A stretch of DNA of 64,000 nt from SAR116 cluster bacterium AG-426-B08 (GCA_003213175.1 QCNN01000004.1:3186-67185); one strand, 5' to 3'. Positions 26,402-34,841 are shown, counted from the stretch's first letter. Notes: generated by a model not told the origin, from the letters alone. A program made the numbers and translations.

Positions 26402-26560
26402 CCGGACCCATGGGCTGTGTCTACTGTAGACAAGGTTGTAGACAAGCTTTTTATCATTGACGGACTCAATGTATTTGCTAAGCTATTGATATTGTTGGAG
26501 TTTAGATAAAACCATTGCTCTGGTTAGGCATCACACCTCATCTCGAGCGCGCCACATTTA
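26402..26560 (+). other. ORF-less GC-rich block of unknown nature (candidate structured RNA or gene relic)
   Basis: No ORF of 60 aa or more in any frame. G+C is visibly far above the neighbourhood. It contains a hairpin TGTCTA-ctg-TAGACA (26418-26432), a tandem TGTAGACAAG at 26425-26434 and 26437-26446, and CTCGAGCGCGCCAC near 26541-26554. Confidence 0.3.
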
Positions 26561-26785
26561 ATTTCACTCTCATATTCAAAAATTGAAATTTAATTTATAA
26601 GTAATTATTGTTATATTTATAGCTTAAAAGTGGGGGTACCCAAATTGATAAAATATTACATAGATAAATAGCTTTATTTTTTATATTGCTCAATCTGTTT
26701 CAAGATAAACATTATTTTTTTGCGTTTCCACTTTTAAAATATATTATATACCTATACTAAAACTAAGTTTGCAATAAAAATTAAA

Positions 26786-27832
26786 ATGGCTACAAAATTC
26801 GAAAAAGAACATAGAGAATTCGTTGAATTTAGAAAAAATTTAGCCGTTCGAGATGCAGCAAAAGCATCTATTAAGCAAGCAAAAGCAACACAAGAAATAG
26901 CTCAAGAGACAGCTAAACAAACAAATTTAATTAGAGAAACTGAAGCTCTAAAACAACAGGAAATTTTGAGAAAGAAGGAAATCGAAGAAAGAATAAGTGA
27001 TATAAAAAAAGTTGTAGCAAAATTAAGCTTTAAAATATCTGATGTTGATTCATTAGAAGGCAATCAAAAAGCTGAAGCATTTTTTAACATTGACCAAGAA
27101 TTTAAAGAAAATGTATCTAAATATCGTGAAGAACTTGTTGATTTAGGAGAAATAACTTCAATTGAAAAACTCATTGAATTTGAAAAAAAACTTAAATCTA
27201 TCAGAACTTCAATTTATAAAAACCCCAAATGTTATAACTATATTCAACTAAAAGAAAATTCGCTAGAACTTAATTATTTAATTAAAGAAAAAGAAACAAT
27301 TGAAAATAAAATTGTTGATTTAAATAATAGCATTAAAGGTAATATTTCTTTTAAAAATATGCTTGAAGAAAATTATTGTAATTTTTTTAATATTAGTAGT
27401 GAAGAATTTAAAAACAGAATTAAGGAAAACAAAATTGAATTTCCTAAATCTGGATTTTTTATTGTGCTTATTAGGCGATTTCTCTTGGCTAGTGGATTTT
27501 TTTTACATTTAGCATTTTTAACTCTAATCAATGATCCTAGATTTCAAGAGATCATACCTGGAATAATTCTTATAACTGTTTTAACAATTTTAGTTTATTT
27601 TTTTGTTGGAAGAAAAACAGCTTCAAAAAGATCAAAAATTTCAAAGCTTGAGGGTGAGTATGTAAAATTTAAAGCTTATGAAGAAAAGGAGAAAAATAAT
27701 TTATTGTATTTAGAGGAAAGTAATAATTTTTTAAAAGATATCACAAAAAAAATTAATTCTCTTGAAACAGAATTAGCCGAATTAAAAAAGAAAGCTACTC
27801 AATATGGAAATAATATAAATGAAATTATTTAA
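26786..27832 (+). CDS. Hypothetical coiled-coil membrane protein (two TM helices)
   Basis: 348 aa. About 215 aa of Lys/Glu-rich heptad-like sequence are followed by two hydrophobic helices (FFIVLIRRFLLASGFFLHLAFLTLI; IIPGIILITVLTILVYFFV) and a C-terminal coiled coil. I recognise no family. Confidence 0.6.
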   Translation: MATKFEKEHREFVEFRKNLAVRDAAKASIKQAKATQEIAQETAKQTNLIRETEALKQQEILRKKEIEERISDIKKVVAKLSFKISDVDSLEGNQKAEAFFNIDQEFKENVSKYREELVDLGEITSIEKLIEFEKKLKSIRTSIYKNPKCYNYIQLKENSLELNYLIKEKETIENKIVDLNNSIKGNISFKNMLEENYCNFFNISSEEFKNRIKENKIEFPKSGFFIVLIRRFLLASGFFLHLAFLTLINDPRFQEIIPGIILITVLTILVYFFVGRKTASKRSKISKLEGEYVKFKAYEEKEKNNLLYLEESNNFLKDITKKINSLETELAELKKKATQYGNNINEII

Positions 27833-27931
27833 AATAAGAATAATTACATAAATTTTATTAACCCAGATAACCAAATTTAAAACCCTGAAATCTAGATAAG
27901 AAATATCTGTGATTAAATTAACATTTAATTT

Positions 27932-28249
27932 TTAATCATCAAAGTATGAGCAAGTGTAGTTTACTAATTCTAAAACCTTTACTTTAAATGATGAATTTTT
28001 GGGAACATTAAAATCCATACCATGACTTATCAATTTCCAATCATTATCATCTTTAAGTTTTAAGTTTAGTTTTCCAGATATAATTTCCATAAGTTCTCTT
28101 GATTCAGTATTAAATTCATATTCACCGGGCAACATAACTCCCAATGTTTTTTTTGAACCATCATTTAAAAATATATTCCTACTAACAACTTTACCTTCAA
28201 AATAAACATTCGCTAATTTATCAACATTTACATTTTTATAATTTTCCAT
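27932..28249 (-). CDS. ppnP: Pyrimidine/purine nucleoside phosphorylase PpnP (DUF1255 cupin)
   Basis: 105 aa. ANVYFEGKVVSR...GVMLPGEYEFNTESRELMEIISG...F.VPKNSSF matches the YaiE/PpnP family pattern. Confidence 0.8.
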   Translation of the reverse strand: MENYKNVNVDKLANVYFEGKVVSRNIFLNDGSKKTLGVMLPGEYEFNTESRELMEIISGKLNLKLKDDNDWKLISHGMDFNVPKNSSFKVKVLELVNYTCSYFDD

Positions 28250-28403
28250 AAATACCTATACCCCTTTTTTTAATCACTTATTTGATAAACCCAAAGTTTA
28301 AAATTTGCTTAATTATTATTCACCTTTAAGCAATTTTAAAAATATTAATTGTTTTTATAACTTATTTTTGAAAAAATAATATGGATAATCAAAAGGAAAT
28401 TTT

Positions 28404-28685
28404 ATGAAAGACTATATGGTAGCACATACATTTAAAACAGAAGAATTAAGAGACCAGTATTTTGAAATGTCAAGTGGCATGACTGAAGACGACATAAGAA
28501 CAAATATGAAGAATAATAATGCTAGTTTTCAAATGAATTGGAATAATGAAAAAAATGATATGATTATGTATTGTTGGTGGAAAGCAAAGTCACCTGATGC
28601 AATTATTGAGACTTTAGGTGAAATGGCTAATATGTTTGATAATGACATTAAAGAAATGCCCAATATCATAAATGTTTCAGACTAA
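28404..28685 (+). CDS. Small hypothetical alpha+beta protein
   Basis: 93 aa with an SD (AAAGGAAA) upstream. The beta-alpha-beta pattern (YMVAHTF...MYCWWKAKSPDAIIETL) is reminiscent of DUF4242/dimeric alpha-beta-barrel proteins. Confidence 0.6.
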   Translation: MKDYMVAHTFKTEELRDQYFEMSSGMTEDDIRTNMKNNNASFQMNWNNEKNDMIMYCWWKAKSPDAIIETLGEMANMFDNDIKEMPNIINVSD

Positions 28686-28697
28686 GAAAGGATTTTT

Positions 28698-28958
28698 ATG
28701 AATACTCTTATTATTGCAAAAATGAGTAAAGTTACTTTCGACGAATGGAAAGTTAAATTTGACGAAGACTCAGAGGTTCAATCCAAAATGATGAGAAACA
28801 CTAGAGTTGGTAAGGTTGACGATAATACTGCAATGGTGTTTACTGAAGTTTTTAATCCTGAAATGGTTCAAGAATTTATGAATTCAGATGATTTTAAAAA
28901 GATGGAAACTAACCTTGGACTTTCACACGAGGTTTATAAAGTTGAAAAAATAAGTTAG
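28698..28958 (+). CDS. Small hypothetical alpha+beta protein (DUF3764-like)
   Basis: 86 aa with an SD (AAGGA) upstream. MNTLIIAKMSKVTFDEWKVKFDED...AMVFTEVFNPEMVQEFM resembles small marine-bacterial/cyanobacterial ferredoxin-fold proteins. Confidence 0.6.
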   Translation: MNTLIIAKMSKVTFDEWKVKFDEDSEVQSKMMRNTRVGKVDDNTAMVFTEVFNPEMVQEFMNSDDFKKMETNLGLSHEVYKVEKIS

Positions 28959-29044
28959 ATATTAGTATGTAAAATTTTTAGTCATTATATTAGATTAAAT
29001 GTCAATTATACCTGAATTCATTTTACTAACTGGACAATTAAATA

Positions 29045-29275
29045 ATGAAAAATAAATTTGTAATACGCTCAATTAATAATATTGACGAAAGTCTCTGTGT
29101 AGATATATTCCGAAGAGAAGACAATACTTTCGGATTTGATGAGTTTAGAAGAGAAAAAGAAACAAATGAAGGTTGGTATAAAATTCACCCATATGGACAC
29201 AATATTTACTTAACCGAGCAGGAAGCATACAATCACGCTTATAAAAATATTCTCTGGTTAAATTACAAAAATTAA
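29045..29275 (+). CDS. Hypothetical protein
   Basis: 76-aa ORF with non-repetitive composition. It overlaps the convergent hydrolase gene by 4 nt. I recognise no family. Confidence 0.5.
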   Translation: MKNKFVIRSINNIDESLCVDIFRREDNTFGFDEFRREKETNEGWYKIHPYGHNIYLTEQEAYNHAYKNILWLNYKN

Positions 29276-30120
29276 TTTTTTAAAATTCTGTTTATGAATT
29301 TTTTGTTAGCAATTATTGTTTTTCTAAATGCACTTTCATTAAACTCCATGCATGATTGACCTTTCCCATCCCTATATTGAACCTCCGTACATATTTTGGG
29401 ACGATTTTTGAGAAAAGGTAAATCATAACCATGATATGCATTTTCATACTCATTAAACACCACAGGAAAATTGTTCTGATCTAATTTACTTAATGTATCT
29501 TTCCAACAGAAATATCCTGATAAAGGATTACCATCATTCCCATCTAATTTTCCATAGTTAATTAAGACTGGAACATCAAATGATTTGATATTCTGATAAC
29601 AACCATATGTGTAGGGATAGGTAAGAATAGCACCTATAATAAATATATCTTCAGGTACTTGAATTTTGTTTGGTTTTGAAATAAAAGGTAACACCATTCC
29701 TGCTCCTGCAGACCATCCGATTAAAATAATTTTTTTTCTATTAATTTTAGGCTTATCCTTTAAGGTTTTTAAAAGATTAATTAAATCTTTTTCTCTCCAT
29801 TTTTTTCCATCGGAAGTTTTAGGGAAATTTCGAAATTTTCTACCATATTCACCCCTTGCAGAATAATGGTCTAAAACAATTGCAGCACGACCATTTCTAG
29901 TCGCTCCCTCTGCTTTTTTATGATATGTAACCGAAGGTCCACCCTTTCCATGACTCATTATTACGACTGGAAATGGTCCATCTCCACTTGGATAATAGAA
30001 ATCTGCTTTATAAGCTTTTGTAAAACCAATTTTTGGAATTAAAGTTATTATTAAAATAAAAATTAACAACTTCTTCAATTTTGACCTCGTTAAAACAAAG
30101 TTTGAGATATATACTAGCAC
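29272..30120 (-). CDS. Secreted alpha/beta hydrolase (dienelactone-hydrolase-like)
   Basis: 282 aa with a signal/anchor sequence. It has a nucleophile elbow GWSAGAG, and HG near the N-terminus and H near the C-terminus (NAYHGYD). Confidence 0.7.
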   Translation of the reverse strand: MLVYISNFVLTRSKLKKLLIFILIITLIPKIGFTKAYKADFYYPSGDGPFPVVIMSHGKGGPSVTYHKKAEGATRNGRAAIVLDHYSARGEYGRKFRNFPKTSDGKKWREKDLINLLKTLKDKPKINRKKIILIGWSAGAGMVLPFISKPNKIQVPEDIFIIGAILTYPYTYGCYQNIKSFDVPVLINYGKLDGNDGNPLSGYFCWKDTLSKLDQNNFPVVFNEYENAYHGYDLPFLKNRPKICTEVQYRDGKGQSCMEFNESAFRKTIIANKKFINRILKN

Positions 30121-30179
30121 ATATTTGACACAACAAATAGGGCATTGTTATAAATGAGTATATTTTGAAGAATTTATAA

Positions 30180-30512
30180 ATGGGTGCGATTATGTATACA
30201 AGAGTTCATACTTTCAAATTTCAAAACAAACTTGCAAAAAGTTCAATGTTAGAAACCATTAGACAATTTACAGATACTCTTTTTGATAAAGGACTCCAAA
30301 TGAGGCTTTTCATAGATATTAATGACACAACGTTAAATGTAGTTAACGTTTGGGATAGCGAAGAAAATTCTGCTAAAATTCAAAAATCATTTAATGACAA
30401 TTGGAAAGATATGAAAGATATGGGTATAAACATTAGTATTACTGGTGGTAAAACAACAGCAACTTATTCTGATAAAACCAACCTATCACTCATGACCAAA
30501 AAAAATGTATAA
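30180..30512 (+). CDS. Small hypothetical alpha+beta (ABM/ferredoxin-fold-like) protein
   Basis: 110 aa. The pattern YTRVHTFKF...LNVVNVWDSEENSAKI fits antibiotic-biosynthesis-monooxygenase-like folds. The start may be the internal ATG at 30192. Confidence 0.55.
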   Translation: MGAIMYTRVHTFKFQNKLAKSSMLETIRQFTDTLFDKGLQMRLFIDINDTTLNVVNVWDSEENSAKIQKSFNDNWKDMKDMGINISITGGKTTATYSDKTNLSLMTKKNV

Positions 30513-30632
30513 ATTCCTAAAAATTAAAAAAAAAGTATAAAAAAAGTATTTTATAAAAATTGTTAAAGCGTGAGAGAATTAATATTTTAATCAAAAGTTA
30601 TCTTATCTGTAATTTTATTGAATAGAATAAAA

Positions 30633-31487
30633 ATGAATGTAAAAGAAATATTGAATAAACTAATACTCAACCTAAAAGAATTAGATAATGTTCTCACTTT
30701 CAGAATTCTTGAAATAGGTGCACTAAATTTAGGCAAAAAAGAAAAATTTTATGATTTATTAAATTACTTTCCTAATTCAGAAATCATAGGTTTTGAAGTA
30801 GATAAAAACATATGCAAAAAAATGAACAGCGTCTCAAAAATTGGTGTTAAATATTTCCCTTTTGCAATAGGTAAAAAAAAAGAAATTAGAAAATTTTATG
30901 AGACGAATCACCCAATGTGCTCATCTTTATATAAACCAAATCATAATCTCCTCTCGCTTTATAATAATATGGAAATTTCTTTCCTCAAAGAAGAGAGTGA
31001 AATTGAAACTATTGACTTAGATACTTTCGTTTCAGAAAATAAAATTGGTAATGTGGATTTTTTAAAAATAGACGTTCAAGGTGCTGAATTAGACATATTC
31101 AAGGGAGCTACCAAAACATTAAAAAATTCACTATTTATAATTTCAGAAGTAGAGTTTTTAAAAATCTATGAAAACCAACCTCTATTTGGAGATGTATCTA
31201 ATTTTTTGTCAGATAATGATTTCATGTTTCATAAATTTTTGGGAATGGGGGGAAGAAGTTTAAAACCACTCATATTGAATAATAATAAAAACTTTCCTTC
31301 ACAACATTTATGGTCTGATGCAATTTTTATTAAAAACGTTTTAATGATAAAAAAATTAACTTCAAGAGAAATCTTAAAGCTAAGTGTTATATCTATTTTA
31401 TATGAATGTTTTGATCTTGGTTTCTTTTGTTTAAATATTCATGATGAATTATTTAAAACAAATTATACAAAAATATTTATGAAGTAG
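30633..31487 (+). CDS. FkbM-family SAM-dependent methyltransferase
   Basis: The DFLKIDVQGAELDIFKGA motif is typical of FkbM methyltransferases. I prefer the ATG at 30633 over the TTG at 30618 used by the ORF track. Confidence 0.75.
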   Translation: MNVKEILNKLILNLKELDNVLTFRILEIGALNLGKKEKFYDLLNYFPNSEIIGFEVDKNICKKMNSVSKIGVKYFPFAIGKKKEIRKFYETNHPMCSSLYKPNHNLLSLYNNMEISFLKEESEIETIDLDTFVSENKIGNVDFLKIDVQGAELDIFKGATKTLKNSLFIISEVEFLKIYENQPLFGDVSNFLSDNDFMFHKFLGMGGRSLKPLILNNNKNFPSQHLWSDAIFIKNVLMIKKLTSREILKLSVISILYECFDLGFFCLNIHDELFKTNYTKIFMK

Positions 31488-31520
31488 TTCTTTTTCTATA
31501 AAAAACAAAAACATACCTAA

Positions 31521-31733
31521 TCATTTTTTTTTCATTAAACTTTTAATACTCGAAACAAAAGCAGTTTTATCAATCATATGTTTTAATTTTACAGCAGCAA
31601 TCTTATCTTCTAGATTTTTTGAATTATCAATATAAGAATTTATTAAATCTTCATTTCTTGATTTTGCTTTTTGTTCTTCTTTTAATTTTTTTAATTTTAT
31701 TTTTTCTTTATTCATAAGTAATAAAGTTAACAT
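31521..31733 (-). CDS. Hypothetical Lys-rich protein
   Basis: 70-aa low-complexity helical ORF with no recognisable family. It could be spurious in this AT-rich DNA. Confidence 0.3.
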   Translation of the reverse strand: MLTLLLMNKEKIKLKKLKEEQKAKSRNEDLINSYIDNSKNLEDKIAAVKLKHMIDKTAFVSSIKSLMKKK

Positions 31734-32031
31734 ATTCTATTTTTTCATGTAATAAAAAATTTTTACTAAGTTATGTAGAAGTTTTTAATTTAGAAACTAT
31801 ATGTGTTAAATGAGAAAAGAATTAAAATTTTTTTTTGTAATAATATTATTTTATATAATTTTAAAAGGTTATATATTTTTTTTTATCAATCCTTCTATTT
31901 ATTTAAATCCATAATTTTGTTGATTATGAATTACTTAAATAATCTTAAATTTTAATTCAAGTCTCTTAAATTCAATTGAAATATTAAACTTTTTTTAGTT
32001 TATATTTGTAGTAAATAACTTTATTGTTACT

Positions 32032-32718
32032 TTGAAATTTATGGTCTTTTATTTAATAATTATATTTATTTTATTTTTTGCTCCTGTCATTTGGTTAAAT
32101 TACGTTTTTAAAAAAAATGATAAAATATTGGAGAATATGCCTTTTAATGGATTAGAATTTGGTAATAATGTTTTAAGTGAACTTGGACTTAAAAATGTTA
32201 AAATTGAAAAGTCAATAGCAGGCGATCATTACGACCTTTTAGAAAAAAAAGTTAAAGTAAATGAAACAAGATTAACTAATAAAAGCCTTACTGCTATTTC
32301 TATAATTTGTCATGAAATTGGACATGCAATTCAACATCATGAAAAATATAAGCCATTGGAGCAAAGAACTAAACTAGTTAAAAGTACAGCATGGATTACT
32401 CAACTTGGTAGTGGCTTATTATTGATGGGCTTACCCATGATATTTACAATAGGTTCCTTTCCATTAATTAAATTATGTCTAATTTTAGTCCTTATTTCTC
32501 TTGGAATTGGAGTTATAGTTCATCTAATTACTCTTGAGGTAGAATTGGATGCAAGTTTCAAAAAAGCTTTACCAATATTAAAAAAAAAGGTTCCAGAAGA
32601 ATACCACCAAGCTTGCCATTCAGTGTTAAAAGCTGCTGCATTAACATATGTAATTGGTGTGATAAGAAATTTTATTTCACTCAGATTTATTTGGTTATTA
32701 CTTTCTAGAATAAGATAG
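32032..32718 (+). CDS. Membrane zinc metallopeptidase (Zn_peptidase_2 family)
   Basis: 228 aa with the HEIGHAIQH zinc motif. It has an N-terminal TM helix and C-terminal TM helices, as in the putative neutral zinc metallopeptidase family. The start is either TTG 32032 or ATG 32041. Confidence 0.75.
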   Translation: MKFMVFYLIIIFILFFAPVIWLNYVFKKNDKILENMPFNGLEFGNNVLSELGLKNVKIEKSIAGDHYDLLEKKVKVNETRLTNKSLTAISIICHEIGHAIQHHEKYKPLEQRTKLVKSTAWITQLGSGLLLMGLPMIFTIGSFPLIKLCLILVLISLGIGVIVHLITLEVELDASFKKALPILKKKVPEEYHQACHSVLKAAALTYVIGVIRNFISLRFIWLLLSRIR

Positions 32719-32811
32719 TAAATTCTTTTAATTAAAAATTATTTACAAATAAAAATAATATTTACCTAATCTAGTGGTATTTTAAAAGCTAAATTATACG
32801 GAAAACTTAAT

Positions 32812-33180
32812 ATGTTACTACTAACAATAGATTTTATCATTTTTTTTCACTTTGTAATTGTAATTTTTATAACATCATTACTTGTTTTAATACCATTAGG
32901 ATATAAACTTAATTGGAAATTGTTACAGAATAAAACTGTTAGAAAAACTCATTTAGGATTAATGTCCTTTGTGACTTTTGAAGCAATAATAGGTATGACT
33001 TGCCCTCTAACGATGGTTGAAAATTATCTGAGTGGTATGTCACAAAATGAAACATTCATCTCCTATTGGCTTGGCAAAGTAATTTATTGGAATTTTCCTT
33101 CTATATTTTTTACAATTATTTATTGTTTATGCTTGACCTGGATAATATTAATGTGGAGGATTTTTCCTCCAAAAAAATAA
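32812..33180 (+). CDS. Small integral membrane protein (DUF2784-like)
   Basis: 122 aa with four hydrophobic helices and a CPLT motif (MTCPLTMVENYL), as in DUF2784. Confidence 0.6.
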   Translation: MLLLTIDFIIFFHFVIVIFITSLLVLIPLGYKLNWKLLQNKTVRKTHLGLMSFVTFEAIIGMTCPLTMVENYLSGMSQNETFISYWLGKVIYWNFPSIFFTIIYCLCLTWIILMWRIFPPKK

Positions 33181-33298
33181 GTGTTTTTAAAGTTAAATAT
33201 TTTAACATATTTTTTATTATTTACTTAATTTGACATGTTAGTTATCCAAATTATATAATATGACTTATTTCATAAACTATAAAGTAAGCATTGAATAA

Positions 33299-33865
33299 AT
33301 GACAAAAAAATTTATATCAAAACAAGTAATGATAATTTTAATTTTTGGTTTGTTTTTTATTAAACCATCTAATGCTGAAGATTTTAAAGACTTGTTTGGT
33401 CTAAAAATCTATGAAAATACCATTAAATATTTTCCAAAAAACTTTATTAAATCTAATAAATTTAAAAATAAAGAGACCTTTAAAGGTTTTTATGACATTG
33501 AAATAACCTCAGAAATAAGTGACAAAAACCCATTTCTGTCCAAATATTGGATTGTTGTTGATGAATCAAATGTAATTCAACAAATTTCAGCTGAGGAGCA
33601 AATTTTGGATTTAAAGAAATGTAAAGATTTCAAAAACCAATTGGTAAATATTTTTCGTACAAAATACAATTTTAAATTTGAAGAAAAAAACTTTACGCAT
33701 AAAGACTTCTATACTCATTTTCATTTTACAAATGTTGACAACAATAAAATGCTTTACATAAAATGTGTTAACAACTTTATTGAAAAAAATGTCACACTTT
33801 TAATATCTTTCGAGTCCAAACAATATTTGAATAGAAAAAAAGAATATTACGAAGCTGGATTTTAA
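33299..33865 (+). CDS. Hypothetical secreted protein
   Basis: 188 aa with a signal peptide (IILIFGLFFIKPSNA). No recognisable family. Confidence 0.55.
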   Translation: MTKKFISKQVMIILIFGLFFIKPSNAEDFKDLFGLKIYENTIKYFPKNFIKSNKFKNKETFKGFYDIEITSEISDKNPFLSKYWIVVDESNVIQQISAEEQILDLKKCKDFKNQLVNIFRTKYNFKFEEKNFTHKDFYTHFHFTNVDNNKMLYIKCVNNFIEKNVTLLISFESKQYLNRKKEYYEAGF

Positions 33866-33922
33866 TTTTTTTCTGCTAAATAAAACCTCTTTTTTGTCGT
33901 AATTTTTATAGAAGGTGTAATT

Positions 33923-34444
33923 ATGATTAAATTTAGCTCTGTGTTTATTTTTTTATTTTTGTTATCAAGTTGTTTTCACAATAACAACCAAGCTAATTTT
34001 GAGCCTCTAAAAAATAATATTGGTTCAAAAGTAACAGTTAAACCAAAAGTAATTGTGGAAAGTGCATATGAAGGTTTTTATATTAACGAAAAACTACAGG
34101 CAGAACTGAATAAGATAGAATTTGCCTCTTCGAGGTATCTTAAAGGTAACAAAGACTGTTTAACACTAATTAGAATTAACATTTCGGGTAGCATAGATTA
34201 TCATCAACTTATTCAAACTCTTAGAAAAAGAACATATGACATTGGCGGAAATGCTATTGGTGTTTATGACTATCAAGAAAGAAGAAGAGTTTTAGTGAAT
34301 CAACATGGATATGAAATTGAAAAAGATGAAAAAACTAATTACTTTTTTAAGCCCAAAGAATTCAAGTACGTTTTGGTTAAAGATAACCAAAAGTTAGCAA
34401 AAATTACAGCAGATATATTTAAATGTAAACAGAAAGTTAGCTAA
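33923..34444 (+). CDS. Hypothetical lipoprotein
   Basis: 173 aa with a lipobox-like LLSSC after a hydrophobic leader and an SD (GAAGGTG) upstream. It overlaps the convergent neighbour by 8 nt. Confidence 0.6.
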   Translation: MIKFSSVFIFLFLLSSCFHNNNQANFEPLKNNIGSKVTVKPKVIVESAYEGFYINEKLQAELNKIEFASSRYLKGNKDCLTLIRINISGSIDYHQLIQTLRKRTYDIGGNAIGVYDYQERRRVLVNQHGYEIEKDEKTNYFFKPKEFKYVLVKDNQKLAKITADIFKCKQKVS

Positions 34445-34841
34445 TTGGGTGCGTGCTTAAAATATGCATAGCAACTGCTGTTCCACTTATTGCTGATCCA
34501 ATCATTATAGCTCTGTCTCCCCATTGCATACCTACATAAATCCATCCGACTGAACTGATTAAGTAAGCCACCTGGCCATAAAGCAAATAAGATGCGCTTA
34601 TCAAAAAAATACCAGAAACTGCTAAAATCATTGATACCCACTTAATATACCAATCTTTCGTTCCTGTTGGCGTGGTAGGCTTGACCTCATCATATTCAGC
34701 CTGTAATTCTTCTAACTCTTTTGCCAAACGTTTTTTTTCATTTGTCAATTCTCTCTGTAAACGGCCTGCTTTTGTTAGGGTTGAACCTGGGATCTCTTCA
34801 ACATTTTGATGATTCACCAAATCAATTGTTTTTTCTGTCAT
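34437..34841 (-). CDS. Hypothetical membrane protein (N-terminal coiled coil, three TM helices)
   Basis: 134 aa. A charged helical N-terminus (KKRLAKELEELQAEYDE) is followed by hydrophobic helices. No recognisable family. Confidence 0.55.
   Translation of the reverse strand: MTEKTIDLVNHQNVEEIPGSTLTKAGRLQRELTNEKKRLAKELEELQAEYDEVKPTTPTGTKDWYIKWVSMILAVSGIFLISASYLLYGQVAYLISSVGWIYVGMQWGDRAIMIGSAISGTAVAMHILSTHPIS

Noticed and set aside
26425-26446. Tandem TGTAGACAAG units considered as a possible CRISPR array or VNTR.
   Set aside because: Only two copies are present at a 12-nt period, with no spacers and no cas genes anywhere in the window.
26523-26529. Integron cassette idea. GTTAGGC fits the GTTRRRY core, and several single genes are separated by imperfect repeats.
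   Set aside because: No intI integrase is present and no matching RYYYAAC inverse core is suitably placed. Gene orientations are mixed, and the related sequence at 22383-22389 reads ATTGGGC rather than GTTRRRY.
31810-31914. 34-codon hydrophobic ORF (MRKELKFFFVIILFYIILKGYIFFFINPSIYLNP) in the 298-bp spacer upstream of the Zn-peptidase gene.
   Set aside because: It has no SD, and its composition is what poly-T/A-rich spacer DNA translates to. It is indistinguishable from chance.
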